DNA of 64,000 nt from Schizochytrium sp. TIO01 (Eukaryota > Protista > Bigyra: Labyrinthulomycetes). The notes beneath the pieces are model-generated. The model did not search any database and was not told the DNA's origin. It saw only the letters and a list, made by a program, of their open reading frames with translations. The stretch is taken from contig SMSO01000034.1 in the NCBI GenBank assembly GCA_004764695.1, positions 3,348,001 through 3,412,000 on the forward strand. Reading direction: 5' to 3'. Below are positions 43,975-57,442 of this stretch, piece by piece. Positions within the stretch are counted from its first letter, which is position 1; each line of letters opens with the position of its first letter. A program made the translations under genes and the position numbers.

Positions 43975-46923
43975 TTTTGCAATTTAGAGAGCGAGATATG
44001 CCTTTGCCACTTGCCACTTGTCGCTTCTTGTCGACCTAGGTCCTCCTCTTGTCCTGGTGAATTTAATGTAATACCTACTACCCCTAGATACGATGATGTC
44101 TTCTCTGCTCTTCTACCTGCAAGCAAGGTCCTTTCTTGCTTTTGTAGGTTTGTTAGTAAGTTGTATCTCTTATTAGTCAAATCAGAGCTGGCGCTACTAC
44201 CGCGAACTACTTGGAGCACAAACAAACCGTGGATGCGGCTCCCTGCCTGCTACGACGTAGTCTTTCTTCCAGCTACCTCTGTCTAGCAGACTGCTATGGC
44301 TACGCTCCAACGAGTCTACGAGTTCCTAGTGTCGCTACTCAACTTCTTCTTCTCACTTCTGGCGAGCTCTTGCTTTCGCTCACTCCCCCGCTCGCTCGCT
44401 CGCCCACTACTCTTACGCTTTTTTGCCGGAGCACAACTAATCTCTTTCGCAAGAACCTCTGTTCTCGCCTCTTCTGCACAGCGAGCGTCTTTCTTTCGGG
44501 GTCAGAGTTCTTGGATCCCGGCGTCCTCTCAGCTGTAGTTCTAATTAATGCACTCCTCCTCCTCCTCACCGCCTTCGCTTATCTACCCACCTGCCTACCT
44601 ATCTATACCTCCTATCAGCACGTAGGCAATAAATGGCACAGCAACGCAGCTAGCTACTACAAAGGCGATGTCGTAGCAGCAGAGCTCGAGGCCAAGTGAG
44701 GCGGGCTCCCGCACAAGGACACGCTACCGGGTGGCAGGCAGGTCGGCCGGAGCTCTGGCAGCGGTGCGAGACGGAGTGCTAGCTTCTTGGCGGTTGGTCT
44801 GCCTCGGCAGCGGCTCGAACCTGAGCGCCCTGGTCGGCTTCGCTGGCAGGAACGGGAGTGAGAAACGATAGCGCCGGCGTGCGTACCGCTGCCTAAGGCG
44901 CGCCTAAGACCTGCCTATCTATCTATCTATCTATCTATCACAGCCAATACAGAGAGAGTGAAGCGGAATCCAACGCAATGTAAAAACGCGCCGGCACCTG
45001 CCTGAGAGTGGTGCGTGCAGCAGGCAGCCCACGCAAAGGCCTGCCGCAGCTTGCTTGCTTGCTTGCTCAGCTCTGACACGAGTCGAGTCTGTGGGTGGAT
45101 GCCTTGCTTGAGGAGCCTCGGTCTGGCGAGAACCTCGACGGCCTCGATGTGCGTGGCCCTTTCCTGCACGAGCTGACGAACGAAGAAGACGACGCAAGGC
45201 GCAATCCACGGTCCCAGAAAACGGGACGGTCCTCTTTATTAGATGTTTAGTAGTGCTGTTACTGTTGCTGTTGTTTACTACAGCACTTAAAGGGAAAGGA
45301 AAGGAGAAAGAAAAGCAAAAAACGCTCCGCTTCTCTTTTGGGTCTAATTTGAAAACTTCTTTGGCAAAGATGGGAAAGAAAGTAAAAATTAGAACTCCCT
45401 TTTGTATTTTGTATTTGTTTAAAAGAGAAGGAGAGAGAGAGAGAGAGAGAAGTTTGAATTGGCGTCGCCTTTTGAAGCTTCGCGCACCTCTGGCTTAGCG
45501 GGCGGCGTGCGGGACACGTCTGCCGCTGCGGTTCCTCTGCGCGGATCTCGCTGGAGATACCTCTTGGGAGCGCCTCGCTGATACCCCTTCGGATTCGATC
45601 GGGTTTTGCGGCTGCAGCGGCTGAGATGCTAGCTGGTGCGGGAATGCGGGAATCGAGAGCCTTCAGAGGCTGTTTCTTCGACTCCCAGGCCAGTGTAGAC
45701 TGCGCGCGAGGCCAGTTGAAGCTGTCTCGAATCACGCGAGGGGGGGGGGGTCCTGCCTGCTTGAGCCAAGCTCCACGCCGCCCGCCCGCCCTGCAGGAGC
45801 GAGCGTGCGTGCGTGCGTGCGCTAAGAACGGCGAGGCAAATAGCGAATTGAATCGCCACTTCCCCGTTCTCTATAATCGTCATCGTCAATCGACGCTTTT
45901 CATTCAAATGTTCTTTCTTTCAGAATCATAGAACCTCATATCATCTCCACAATGCTAACTTCTTTTCTTGTAAATGATAAATTTTATTTTTAAAAGAATT
46001 CTCAAATACTAGGCCTCAGTAAACAATTATTTTCAATAACTTTGGTGCCTTTTCTTTCCTTTTTGTACCTACCCAAGCAGAGCTATGACAAATACGGCGG
46101 TATTAAGCTATACCATACCTTACTAGTTTTCAAGTCCAAGGGCCGCTATGTGGCGCATAGGCACTTCTAGTGAAGATGAGATGACGTGAAGAAGAGGGTC
46201 TCATTAACAGGTAGCCAGCATGGAAGAACTAACAGGAACAGTGAGAACCCTTATGGTGTATATACTCACAACACTAGGACTAGGGGGGCTTCATTTCACT
46301 TTCTTTCTTCGCTTTTTGGTGCGTAACTACTTTGCCCTTAACGAGGAGTTAATACCAATTAACTGCGTGTCTAAGATCCCACCCACTCTTCTTTTAAAAC
46401 TTTTACTATTGTTACCTTTTTGAGTCACTTCAAGTGCTTAGATCAACATATAACCTTAAAGCTACCAGTTCCCCTTCAAAGTGCCATCAGTCGGAACAAA
46501 TCTGTTTAGGTATGTTTTGGATGTTTTCTTTTCTTTTCGTTTTCCTTTTCTTTTCTTTTCTTTTCTTTTCTTTTCTTTCTTTCTTCTCTCTCTTTTCGTG
46601 ACTTTGTTACTACGTAGGTCCCTGTCATGATATGATGATGCTCAGGTAATGCGATTGCCTTCTGCCCTTAAGTACCTACAGGATCCACGATGGATCATGA
46701 TCCATGTCCACGACGATGGCCATTCGGACGCCTCCAGGCCCATAGCGCTTCAAACTAGGCCTCAGGCCGCCTCTTCGTAGTTGCTCTTGAAACGCCAATG
46801 CCCGAGAGTCAAGGCTCGAGGCCGCAATTTCGTCGCTCGGAATGATCGAGATGTGGATCGATCGATGGTGCCTGTAGACACCAACCAGAGTATTATCATT
46901 AGAGAACCCACGTGCATAGAGAG

Positions 46924-47178
46924 GTATGTATGTATGTACATGTATGTATGTATGTATGTATGTATGTATGTATGTATGTATGTATGTATGTATGTATGTA
47001 TGTATGTATGTATGTATGTATGTATGTATGTATGTATGTATGTATGTATGTATGTATGTATGTATGTATGTATGTATGTATGTATGTATGTATGTATGTA
47101 TGTATGTATGTATGTATGTATGTATGTATGTATGTATGTATGTATGTATGTATGTATGTATGTATGTATGTATGTATG
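46924..47178. repeat. (TATG)n microsatellite, ~255 bp
   Basis: Read directly from the sequence; it produces the spurious MYVC/YIHT ORFs. Confidence 0.98.
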
Positions 47179-50100
47179 TGTGCTTCAAATCTGAAAGAAC
47201 GGAGGACTCAAGCTCTTTCTTGAATGATTGAATGGTTGAATGAACAAACAAATGCAAATCAATCAATCAATCAACCAACCAACCAACCAACCAACCCATC
47301 GATCAATCAACAAATGAATGAAACTTATACATACTTCAAGTTGGGCCACAGGCAGTAACATCATCAGCATCATCGTCATCGCCATTCCGGGATAAGACGG
47401 GAGCGCGTCTCACCTTGCTCTCGTATTCGCTTTCACCTCTTTGCCCTGCTCACAAAGTGTGCCTCTGCCCCTTCAGTGTCAGCCTTTTCAGCCGCCCCCC
47501 TCGCGTCACCTTAGGCGGGAGCTGGCGACGTCGGTGCTTCGCAGATGCTAATACAAGCTCAAGCAGGCTCATGCGCCCTGGCGGCCTCGCACATACACAA
47601 CTCGTATCAGTCTCGTGGATGCAAGTAAACCCATTAAAAGATTGCGTGCGTACACATCTGTTTGGTCCCCTCGAGGCTGATGAAATAAATGTCTATATCA
47701 ATCTGCCTCTCTCTCTCTCTCTCTGCCTGTCTGTCTCTGCAGTCTGTGAAATAATCGAAGAACCATGAGCCAGAGAATACTCAAGTGCTTATGAGCAGAT
47801 AAGCCGACTAAACATCGCGGTTGGACCTCTGCAATGCGCGTTCGGCCGCACCTGCGAGGGCCTGGTGAGCGTCGAAGTCTCTCTTTTTCTCTCTCTCTTG
47901 TCTTGAACGAAAGGTGCTCCGGCGTCAACGGCGGGAGTCTTAAAAGGGGTTTTTCTAAGAATAGGCCAGAAGGTTTTGTACCTTAAGGAAGACGGGGGCA
48001 TAGGAGCGGACGCTGAGAGGTAGCTAGGGATGGAGAGATGCGCAGAAGGGGATAAGGAGGAACAGAAGACTGCAATTTGCAAGAGCTGATGACGATGAAG
48101 GTGATGCGAAGTCTCGAAGTCGCAAGAGTACGAAGCTGCTGCGGAATTGGGTTTTGGCGGTCAATGTCGGGTGGAAAGGCAGAAACGGCGTATGGTATGG
48201 CCCAAAGGCGCACGAAGGGTCAGCCAGGCGAAGAATCAGAGCGAAAAGACTCGAGTCCGGAGAGTAAATAGGCTGTGTGGGAAACCTTTCTCAAGAAGGG
48301 CCTTGGACTTTGAGGAAAACAGAAGAATTTTTATTTTTTTTTAAGTTTTTGATGCCTCGGAGCCTCACAGTTAAAGGCCAAAAGGAAAAAGAAAAAAAAG
48401 AAAAAACAAAAAAAAACTGAAAAGATATGGGGAAATAAGATTGAATCTCTTGTTTGACTCCTGACTCATCTGACATCGATCGATGGTGCGCTGGAAAACG
48501 CAGACACAGCGGCCATTATCAAGTGATAACGCCACCCCCGCCTGAGTCTTCTGAGCCTTTCCATCGCCTATATTTTGGCGTCGTCATCGTCGTCTGTGAT
48601 CAATCTGTGGATGACTGACAAACGGACGTTCCCATGGTTCCCATGCACAGAATTCGACAGAACTAGGAGCTTGAAAACGACAGAGTGCCCAAAAGAGTGA
48701 ACGAATGAATGAGTGAGTGAATGGCCTCTCTATTGTCGCTGCTGCTGAAGACATAGAGATGGAAAGGACGCGTACTTCGATTCTTGAGTATCTACTGCAA
48801 AGTCACTCTTTCTGTACGCACTCTTCTACTTTCTGCAAAGGATCGAAGGCAGCGAAATGATGACATAGGTATCTCTCTCTATATATACATATTGTATACC
48901 TATACCTACGACCCGGAGGCTCCTGATTTTGAAACTAACTCCTCAGGAAATCAATGAGGCAAATTACGCATTTTTTCATTCTCGAGAAAAATAAAAACAA
49001 GAAAAAACGATGTGATACTAGGCCTAGCACTACCTATGTACAACCAAGCACCGCTTAGATAGCCGAATGGAGGAATGAGGCTTCAAGTAAATACCTGCTG
49101 CTACAATGCTTACCTTTTTTGCTTTTAAATTGAGTATTTTGTTAATTAATGCTTTTTCATTAATTGAGTAATGTTAAAATTAATTAAAAATAAAAAACTA
49201 AATTCGATATGCAGTGGTGATATGTATATGAAAGTTGTGGTTTTCTTCTCCATTTCTTTGTTCTTTCTTCGTTCGTCTGGCTATAAGTTTTGATCGTGTT
49301 GTTACGGATTGATTATTGATCTCCTCTACTTAGGCCCCTTCTAACTATCGCTAGTGGCTGGCTAGCTCTAAGCTGCCTCACTCTTCGGGTTCGACGGTTC
49401 TTCGGCTGGCTCGAGCTGTGTTCTCAAGACGAAGAACAGCTCGCGGGAGACTTGAAGAACACGCAGAGCAGGAGCTGCGATTCAAGATTACCTGCCTCTA
49501 GAGGTACCTACCCACCTATCTACCCACCTGCTCACGAAGACGTGAGCGGCGCCCGTTTCTTTGTGATGGCGGTGGATTGTTCGTGCAGAACAACCTTCTT
49601 GAACTGCGAGACCTCGCGAGGGACATAGGCAGGTGGTACCTACCTACCTACACGAAGCAATTCATTTTTGCAAGTTGGATTTTGCCGAGGTGTTCATCGT
49701 TCTGTCGCGCGTTCACTCGTTTAGGCAGTCACAGTATGAATTTGTGCATGTTTGCTTACATTCAATGCATTTGTTTACTTGTTTATTTCTTCGTGGATTC
49801 ATCCGCTCACGGAATGGTAATTTGCAGGTGATGGATGGATCCATGTTTCTACGTACGTCTCGATCCACGCAGGTGCTGAAAGGCGGATGCCTCCGCCTCC
49901 TCACTGCATTGCCACGCAGTTGAAGTGCCTCTCTCGTGCATTGACGAGGGTTGACAATCAATCAATTTCGTTAACATAGAGACACTCTGGCTCACAGGAA
50001 GAGAACGTGAAGACTAGTACGAAGCAAAACAGGAATCCAAGTCGATCTTGGCTGCGAGGAGAATGTGTAATCATCGATGAGGCTCAATACATCGGAGCAT

Positions 50101-51883
50101 CAAAATATCAATCCATTAAAACATCAAACAAACTAGCTTTGAGCAGACCATCGTTTATGATAGAACTTGGATCATTACCGGACTTTGACCGCGGTGCATG
50201 TGCTGGTTGCCGCACGTGAAACGATAAAATTGCCTCATCCAGTAGTAGCTACGAATAGAGTCAGAATTTGAGATCAACCTCCCAAAACCAAGAATCCATG
50301 AGCGGCGGAAAGTCGTATTTTAGCGCCAATGTCCAATGGAGATAAGACCTACGTATGAGACATGGAGTGGGACCATATGAGTGAATTTATCAGCAGGTTT
50401 TACTTCTTATGTTCAAGGATGATGTGCGAACTCGAGTGGATCTCGGGGCCAAGTCTCGCTCTTACCGAAGGAAGGAATTGAGGCGAATCCAAGAGGCTGC
50501 CGGTCTTGTGAAGTGCTTGCTGTAGGTTAGCTAGGTAGGTGGGTACTACCTGCGTATACCTCAGGATGTGCTATCCTATCACCTTTTACAAGCGAAGCCA
50601 CGAAGAACTAGAAGACGCCGAGACGGAATGCCTTGCCGCCTTTGCCGAGGGAACTCGGCATCCTAGCCAGGAACCACCGCGGACCGTTCCTCTGCAAGTT
50701 GCCTGCATATTACCTTGTGTCAAACAAAGGCTTGCCTACTCCTGAGGTATTAATTAAAGGTTAGCTGATCGATAGGCCAAAACTATTTTTTAAGAATTAT
50801 TGATTAATTTAGCAAACCTGTGGCCGAAATTGTTCTCTCCCTCCCTGCCTAGGTGTGTCTTTTATAATTAAAACAATACACCAGAGTCCGCTGAAGTTTC
50901 TTTCTATTCTCGAGCTAAGTCTCTCAGCGAAACATCCGTGTCTGACCGTCAGTGCCGATAGAAACGTCAACACCAACAACGTCATCATGACAATCTGAAA
51001 GTAAGAGAGCAAGAAAGAAAGAAAAAGTGAAAATATGCACGTGGAAGCGAGGGCTCACCGTGCGCCGGGGGAACCTGTCATTAGCCCCATCAGAAGGCTG
51101 TGCCTACTATTGACTGTCATACAATCGGTTACTGCTAGTTTTGGCGAATATAATATGTACGTAGAAGAGAAAATGGTAAGGTTTGTACCTAGCTAGGTAT
51201 GCCAAGATAGGAGTACCTTGGTAGGTCGTACGTAGGAAGTAGTAGCTACTTCGAGGCCACTTATGGTTAGTAATCTATAAAATTTGCAAAACTTGCATAT
51301 CTTAGGATGGCGTGGGTGGGGCTAAGGCCCAATCGCAGGTTAGCTTTCAAGCAGATAAACTGTATGAACCTCTCGCCAGGTAGAGACCCTGACTAGCTGA
51401 TTTGACTGATAGAAAGATTGTTGTTCACTTTAATCTAGAATTAGTTGTGAAGTTCTGAATAACATGTTTGACTGCAACCAAAGGATTTTAATTTCTTAAA
51501 AGAAATTTGACTCATGTCTGTATAGAGATGGTAACTATCATGTATATTGCCTAATCCTACTACAAAAGTTGCTACCTGGCAGAAATATGGTCTGCGTGAG
51601 AAGCAGCTGTAGTCTACAGATAAACTCTTTGCGTAGCACCCATAAAAATAGTACCTAGAGAGTATATGAATGAAGATCACAATCTGACTCAAACTTCAAC
51701 ATCACAAGTACCATAGAAGCGCTACTAGCTAGATACCTAGATACTTAATAAGCCCAATACTAGATGTTCTCACCTATCTAAACGTGTGTACCAGTAGAAA
51801 ACACGAATATACTTACACGGTACCTAAGTATCAGACACTCGGCGAAGCTTGGCGTGGAGAGCAAACGCTGAGAATCAACAACA

Positions 51884-54232
51884 ATGGGCCGAGATTCTGT
51901 CGAAGGCAAAACAAACGAAATATCTCAACTACAGAACGCAGAAGGCTCACAATTGCAAAAAGAATCATCTCAAGATACGCACAAGCAGTTCTTTTCTCAA
52001 TCTTTTTCAAGCGAAAGCAAAGATGTCGATTGCGATGCACTAGACGAGAGCAAAAGAGAACATAAAAGCCCTGAAAATTACGAAGACGACCGCCCATTTG
52101 GGTCATGTTTTGCTCGTGTCGAAAGTGCAGTTCTTGAAGATACATTATATAAACCCATTTCAGATGCAGCGCCATGGATTCTTGGCAAGCAAATCATGTC
52201 TCAACCTTTGCATGATCAAGATATGCATGAGTTTACAGAAGGAAAGATGCGTCAATATGAAGTTATTACACTTGAAAATAAACTCATACAAGTTACGATC
52301 TGCCCTGCACTAGGTGGACGTGTGCTTTCGTTCAAAGAACGAGAATCCGGGTCAGATCTTATCTTCCCAACACAGACCTTACACCCTATCCGTGTGAGTA
52401 CTGAAAATATTGGAGGATTCATTCCGGGAGGGATACAGTTCTGCTTAGGTGAATCCCCTTTTCATCCCTCTTCCTCGCAACCTACTGAGTTTCGTTTAGG
52501 GAACGCTCCTGATGGCTCTTCGTGCTGGGTTACAGTTGGCGTGGCAGACTGGTTATTGCACTATGAAGTACGCGAAGGCCTCCCTAATTTGTATCAACGA
52601 TGCATAATAAATAAGTCTTCAAGCTTTAGCGTTACATGTGCAGTCCCTGTGACGAATAACTCGAGTTGGATTCTTCCCTCAGTCGAAAATGGGCAAGAAT
52701 TTCTTCATTTAAACACAGGTTTTGATCAACCAACACTTTGTAGCCTTCATTCTGACATTCGAGCAAAGCCTGGGGAGTTAAAGCTCATTCGCTTCAAGCC
52801 CGAAGTGTCCTCACTCTCGAAAACTACCCCTGCAACAACAAAACCCTCAACCACTCACAATCCAAAAAGAGCGATCGAGGTCCCAAATTCACCACTTTTG
52901 CATAAAAGAGGCCAAGGACGTCTTTCACAGGAGTATACCAAAGAGACTGAACCATCTTCTACAATATCTGCACCATCACAAGCGTCCGTTCAGTTCTCGA
53001 ATATAAGTGATACAATAGAGAGCAATAAGAAAAGTGTTGCTCCAGCTATATCCTCGCCTCTTGTTACGAGACGAGGCCAAGGAAGGCTTTCAAGACTTCG
53101 AAACTCGATTGCCAAACCCAAACTCCCCACCAGTTCTCCTACCGACGGCCCTGGAAAGCTTGATGAGGAGACTGCTAATGGTGAAGAAGAAGAAAAAACA
53201 TCAACTACACCACGCACACCGCCTCGAGAAATGCTTCCTTTGGCAGCAATTGGTTGGGAAAATCACTGCTCGCACGACTCAATCTTAGTTATTACACCAG
53301 GACAGGGCACTGTTCAACAGCGTATTCGAAGTCTTGGTTCTGACTCTAAGCATCTCACAAAAACTCTAATTGGTCTCCGAGGGGTAGCCTTCGCACAGCT
53401 TGAGCTCGAGTTTCCACACCATAATGGTCAGTACGATATATGCTGGGCATTCTCCAAAGCCCTGGCTGATGCAAAGATTCAAGATCTTGCGCAAGATTGT
53501 GCTTACCAATGCCGTGATTTCACTTCTGCTCCTAGTCGTGAAACTTTCAAACGTCTCCGCGAAAAAAGTTTGCTTGAAAAGGCTCACTATCTACTATCCT
53601 CTCAGCCACAGAATAACTACTCAGGCGAAAACCCGAGCATAGAGGCAAAAGAAGCTCACACTGTGTCCATCCAAGATCTGTGCGGGGATATTCTCGCACA
53701 AAATCGTCGATCTTCAAACCTTCGTCTTGTTGGACTCTTGTATTGGAAGATTCTTGGGGAGTTGGAACATGCAAAACACTTCTTGTTACAAGCAATGACA
53801 AACGAAGACGCTTCAGCAATTCTTGAACTTGATACTTTGCTCGAAGAAATGGGACTTGAGCAAGATCGTCAGGACCTTTTATTTAGTCCATCTGTATCTC
53901 GCTTGACGAATAAATTTAGCCTTCCCGACATCCAGCTCCGCCAAGCCCAGATTGAATTGAGTCAAGGAAGACCGAGGAGAGCATTAGAGCGTCTTAGAGG
54001 GACACAATGGACACCAATATTATGCTCTTCAGAACGTAAGAAACTATTCACAAAGGTTCGCCACATTGTTGATTCTATGGAGCGTCCCCTTTGCAAGTTT
54101 CCTCCACGAAAGGCTTACTCTATTGAAAGCGATTTTATGCAAGAATACAATTTCCAATCATTGAGTCTTCGCCCTTACAATGAGACCAGTTGTAAACCGA
54201 CCACCTCTAGTAATGATTCAATTGCAAACTAA
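51884..54232 (+). CDS. DUF5107-like domain protein with low-complexity insertion and C-terminal TPR-like helices
   Basis: YEVITLENKLIQVTICPALGGRVLS...LIF....LHP......GFIPGGIQF...PDGS..VTVG resembles the bacterial DUF5107 N-terminus. The C-terminal GLLYWKILGELEHAKHFL and LSQGRPRRALERL helices are TPR-like. Confidence 0.75.
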   Translation: MGRDSVEGKTNEISQLQNAEGSQLQKESSQDTHKQFFSQSFSSESKDVDCDALDESKREHKSPENYEDDRPFGSCFARVESAVLEDTLYKPISDAAPWILGKQIMSQPLHDQDMHEFTEGKMRQYEVITLENKLIQVTICPALGGRVLSFKERESGSDLIFPTQTLHPIRVSTENIGGFIPGGIQFCLGESPFHPSSSQPTEFRLGNAPDGSSCWVTVGVADWLLHYEVREGLPNLYQRCIINKSSSFSVTCAVPVTNNSSWILPSVENGQEFLHLNTGFDQPTLCSLHSDIRAKPGELKLIRFKPEVSSLSKTTPATTKPSTTHNPKRAIEVPNSPLLHKRGQGRLSQEYTKETEPSSTISAPSQASVQFSNISDTIESNKKSVAPAISSPLVTRRGQGRLSRLRNSIAKPKLPTSSPTDGPGKLDEETANGEEEEKTSTTPRTPPREMLPLAAIGWENHCSHDSILVITPGQGTVQQRIRSLGSDSKHLTKTLIGLRGVAFAQLELEFPHHNGQYDICWAFSKALADAKIQDLAQDCAYQCRDFTSAPSRETFKRLREKSLLEKAHYLLSSQPQNNYSGENPSIEAKEAHTVSIQDLCGDILAQNRRSSNLRLVGLLYWKILGELEHAKHFLLQAMTNEDASAILELDTLLEEMGLEQDRQDLLFSPSVSRLTNKFSLPDIQLRQAQIELSQGRPRRALERLRGTQWTPILCSSERKKLFTKVRHIVDSMERPLCKFPPRKAYSIESDFMQEYNFQSLSLRPYNETSCKPTTSSNDSIAN

Positions 54233-55265
54233 GTGCCCCTCTGTAGGATTACCAATATAGCAATCACATAGGATTGATACACTGATAGATTACATTTATA
54301 TATTACTTTAATAGCAATTCGACAATCTTCTATAGGCTAAAACCATATCATACAAGGAAACCTTCCATAACATACAACTATATAATACTACTTTTCTTTC
54401 TCAAATTTATTGTCTTCTTCTGCTTTCTTGGTTGTTTTATTTGATGTATTATTGAAAGATGTTTAGATTTTGTCCATTCCTCCAAGATTTACTTTTCGTG
54501 CACCATTGTCCATGTTACTGAGGGGGGGGGAGAAGAACCACGATAGGCGACCGGGGAACAAATTAATATAAGGAGGGAACTATAGATAATTCACTTTATC
54601 CAGAGCCAGCACCAATGCTCAATATAACAAAAACATAATCTGAGCAGGCTCTTTGCATTTACTAGAATTGTCTGTAACCGCAATAGCAGGTACAAAGTTC
54701 TAAATTTGAACTCGAGTTGAGTACACCACACCCAAATCCCAACCAACCTTATTTGAATAGCATAACTAGTACAATCTTCAGATATATGTTTTGACACATG
54801 AATACACTCCATTACATAGTAGCCCCTGACAATGTTGTACAAGAGACCATTACATTGGTTATATCTCAGCTCCGAAGCTAGAGTCCCGATATTCAGGTTT
54901 TCCTTAACTGAGGCTAAAGTAGTCCTACGCTACCGGACGATTCGTTGGAGAGAAGCAGAAGAATGAAAGAAAAACACTAACATAAGCAGAGAGACCATTC
55001 CAAGTTCACTCACTCACGAGTGTTCTCATAGCAGAGCAAGCCGCCATAGATCCCAAAGCGAAAAGGTCGCAAAGAGTGGCGGAGACGTTTGATCATCAAC
55101 AGCCTTGCTAACCTTGTTCATTTTGTCCACGTGGCGTGGTACACTGCGAAGAGAGATACGTTAGCAGAAAGGGCTCGAAATCGAGATCACCAACTCCAAA
55201 CTTATTGGAGCTCATCACTTGTCTGTTTGCACAGCATTTGTCGATAAGCAACAACTTTCAGCACA

Positions 55266-55889
55266 ATGGACCAGGAGGCTCAACAAAAAATCCAAGAGCT
55301 GCAGCAGCAGGTGAGTCGCAGGCTTTCGAAAGGGTTTTCGTAGCATATCGCCTTCACAGGATTGACTAACGTTTCACGTATTCTTTGTTGAATATTATCT
55401 ATGTGTTATTTTTCATTCATTGATAAATATACACCTATCATATGACGGAGGATGGGTTGTTTGGATCTAACGTTGGCATAATTGTCAATATTCTGACTGG
55501 CCATACGATGTCGAATTCCCCTGCTTGCGTTGAAATGAATATAGCTCGGCGGTAAGCAAATCACACAAGAAAACATGCAGGAGCTTGAGGCCCGCAAACA
55601 GCAGGAGAGGGAGATGCGCGAGGAGATGCTCACCCGTATTATGAGCACGGAGGCCCTAGACCGGCTCAAGCGTGTGGCTATTGTCAAGCCTGAAGTTGCC
55701 GAGAAGGTTCAAATTCAGCTTATCAACATGGCTCGCTCAGGCCAAATCACCACCCAGGTTGATGAAGACCGTGTCAAGAACATGCTTGAGGAAGAAAGCC
55801 GTGCAAGGACTGCTGCAAGCAAGGTTACTATCCAGCGCAAGACCTACTTTGATGAGGACTCTGACGACAATGATGATGATCTTCTCTAA
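55266..55889 (+). CDS. PDCD5: Programmed cell death protein 5; join(55266..55310,55545..55889)
   Basis: EMREEMLTRIMSTEALDRLKRVAIVKPEVAEKV..QLINMARSGQI. Exon 1 MDQEAQQKIQELQQQ ends at CAG|GTGAGT, and the TAG acceptor at 55544 keeps the frame. Confidence 0.93.
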
Positions 55890-56329
55890 AGTATGGAGAC
55901 ATACTTACCGTGCTTTCCTATCCTTTCCGTTCGTCAGCTGCTGTCAAACGCTCTGCATTCCTAAATTCTCTCACATCTGCCTTGATCTCCTGCACTATTT
56001 TTTTCCCTCTTCTCCATATGTCAAGAACAACTCAAACCATAACACCTATTTCCGAGCCACACTTTACGATGCGTCACTAGCGTTGTTACCTGTGCGCTTT
56101 GCATCAGATCATATTACTTTGTTGTCGAATTTTCTCACCATTTTTTAAAATTCAAGGGATAGCAAGCTTGAAATTTTGGCCTTGTTGATCGACGGACTTT
56201 TAGTTTCCTCTCTCCTTCATTTCATCGCACACGAGAAAAAACAACTTCAATCGTGGTTCTAAAATATTCCAAATATTTTATACAGCATGCAATATGTTCA
56301 ATGCAGCGTAACCCAGGCACATGAAGCAT

Positions 56330-57442
56330 TTATTTGATGAATTTTACCCACTGTGCATACACCCTGCTCATTGTGGTCTTAAGAATAAGGGTACTGACTT
56401 GGAGCGCTGAGGAAGGGGCTTGCCTAAAACTTTCACCCCGCTGCTTGACTAGTTTTCGGCGATGGCGTTTCCACCACCCACGACCTAATGTTTTGCTTTC
56501 AATTTGTGACTGAAGACGAAACGCTGGATACAGAAGGTACGGGTATCGGCGATTGATATCGCGAAACTCATCAAAGTTGATTACGCCATCCATATTCTTG
56601 TCAAAATGTTGCAGTACAAGGTCAATGTTATATAACTGATTATCTTCATCGCTATGCAAGAGCGCCGCGAGTTGATGCAATTCGTTGTGATCAATACAGC
56701 CGTTTGCATTGCTATCTAGTGCAAAGAAACAGAATTTGAGGATATCCACATTCCCGAACAACGCATATGTACACAACACTTTAATAAAGGCAACAAAGTC
56801 AAGATGCCCTTTTCGTGGGGCGTCAACAAGATCAAATAGTCTGCGCGTAAACATGTTATACGGCTGACCTAGCCAATCAAACATTTCACTCTTGTCAATC
56901 GTCCCGGAATTATCCTTGTCTAGCTTTTTGAAGAGTTCCCATAATTGATGTAGCTCGCGAGGCCGAAGTTGAAATTGCTCACTAACGCGTTTTAATTTGC
57001 CAAGATCAAATGAAGGATCTTGAGGAAGTAAATCTGAAGAGTCGCCTTCATCCTCTGTTACAGATGACGAATACTCGTCGTCAGCATCTGCAGCTGTTGA
57101 TGAATAGTGCGTTCGCACGCCATCGCTGATCTCAGAGCTTGTCGAATAACTAGAAGCTGGAAGAAACTGGGCAGCATAGATTCGAGGCTCGCTTCGTCGC
57201 TGTTGCTTATTTTTAATATTGCGACGGACTTGGTGGTTTGCCGTATTCGCTCGATCTGTAGAAAATTTGGTCAAACTGCCAAGGCGTTCTGCTTGTGCGA
57301 GCATCGTCTTCATAAATGACTTTGGTTCACCTTGCTCCCTCTCATGATGCTGATCATCTTCGTCCGTTGCAGGGCCACCCTCTGCTAGTATACTTTCGCT
57401 ACTTTTCCGGAATAGTGGACTACCTCGCCACCTTCTTGACAT
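56330..57442 (-). CDS. EF-hand calcium-binding protein (calcineurin B-like) with disordered N-terminus
   Basis: EF loops DKDNSGTIDKSE, DAPRKGHLDFVAF (degenerate), DSNANGCIDHNE and DKNMDGVINFDE. Confidence 0.9.
   Translation of the reverse strand: MSRRWRGSPLFRKSSESILAEGGPATDEDDQHHEREQGEPKSFMKTMLAQAERLGSLTKFSTDRANTANHQVRRNIKNKQQRRSEPRIYAAQFLPASSYSTSSEISDGVRTHYSSTAADADDEYSSSVTEDEGDSSDLLPQDPSFDLGKLKRVSEQFQLRPRELHQLWELFKKLDKDNSGTIDKSEMFDWLGQPYNMFTRRLFDLVDAPRKGHLDFVAFIKVLCTYALFGNVDILKFCFFALDSNANGCIDHNELHQLAALLHSDEDNQLYNIDLVLQHFDKNMDGVINFDEFRDINRRYPYLLYPAFRLQSQIESKTLGRGWWKRHRRKLVKQRGESFRQAPSSALQVSTLILKTTMSRVYAQWVKFIK

Noticed and set aside
46676-47266. ORFs with MYVC/YIHT repeats
   Set aside because: Artefacts of the (TATG)n microsatellite.
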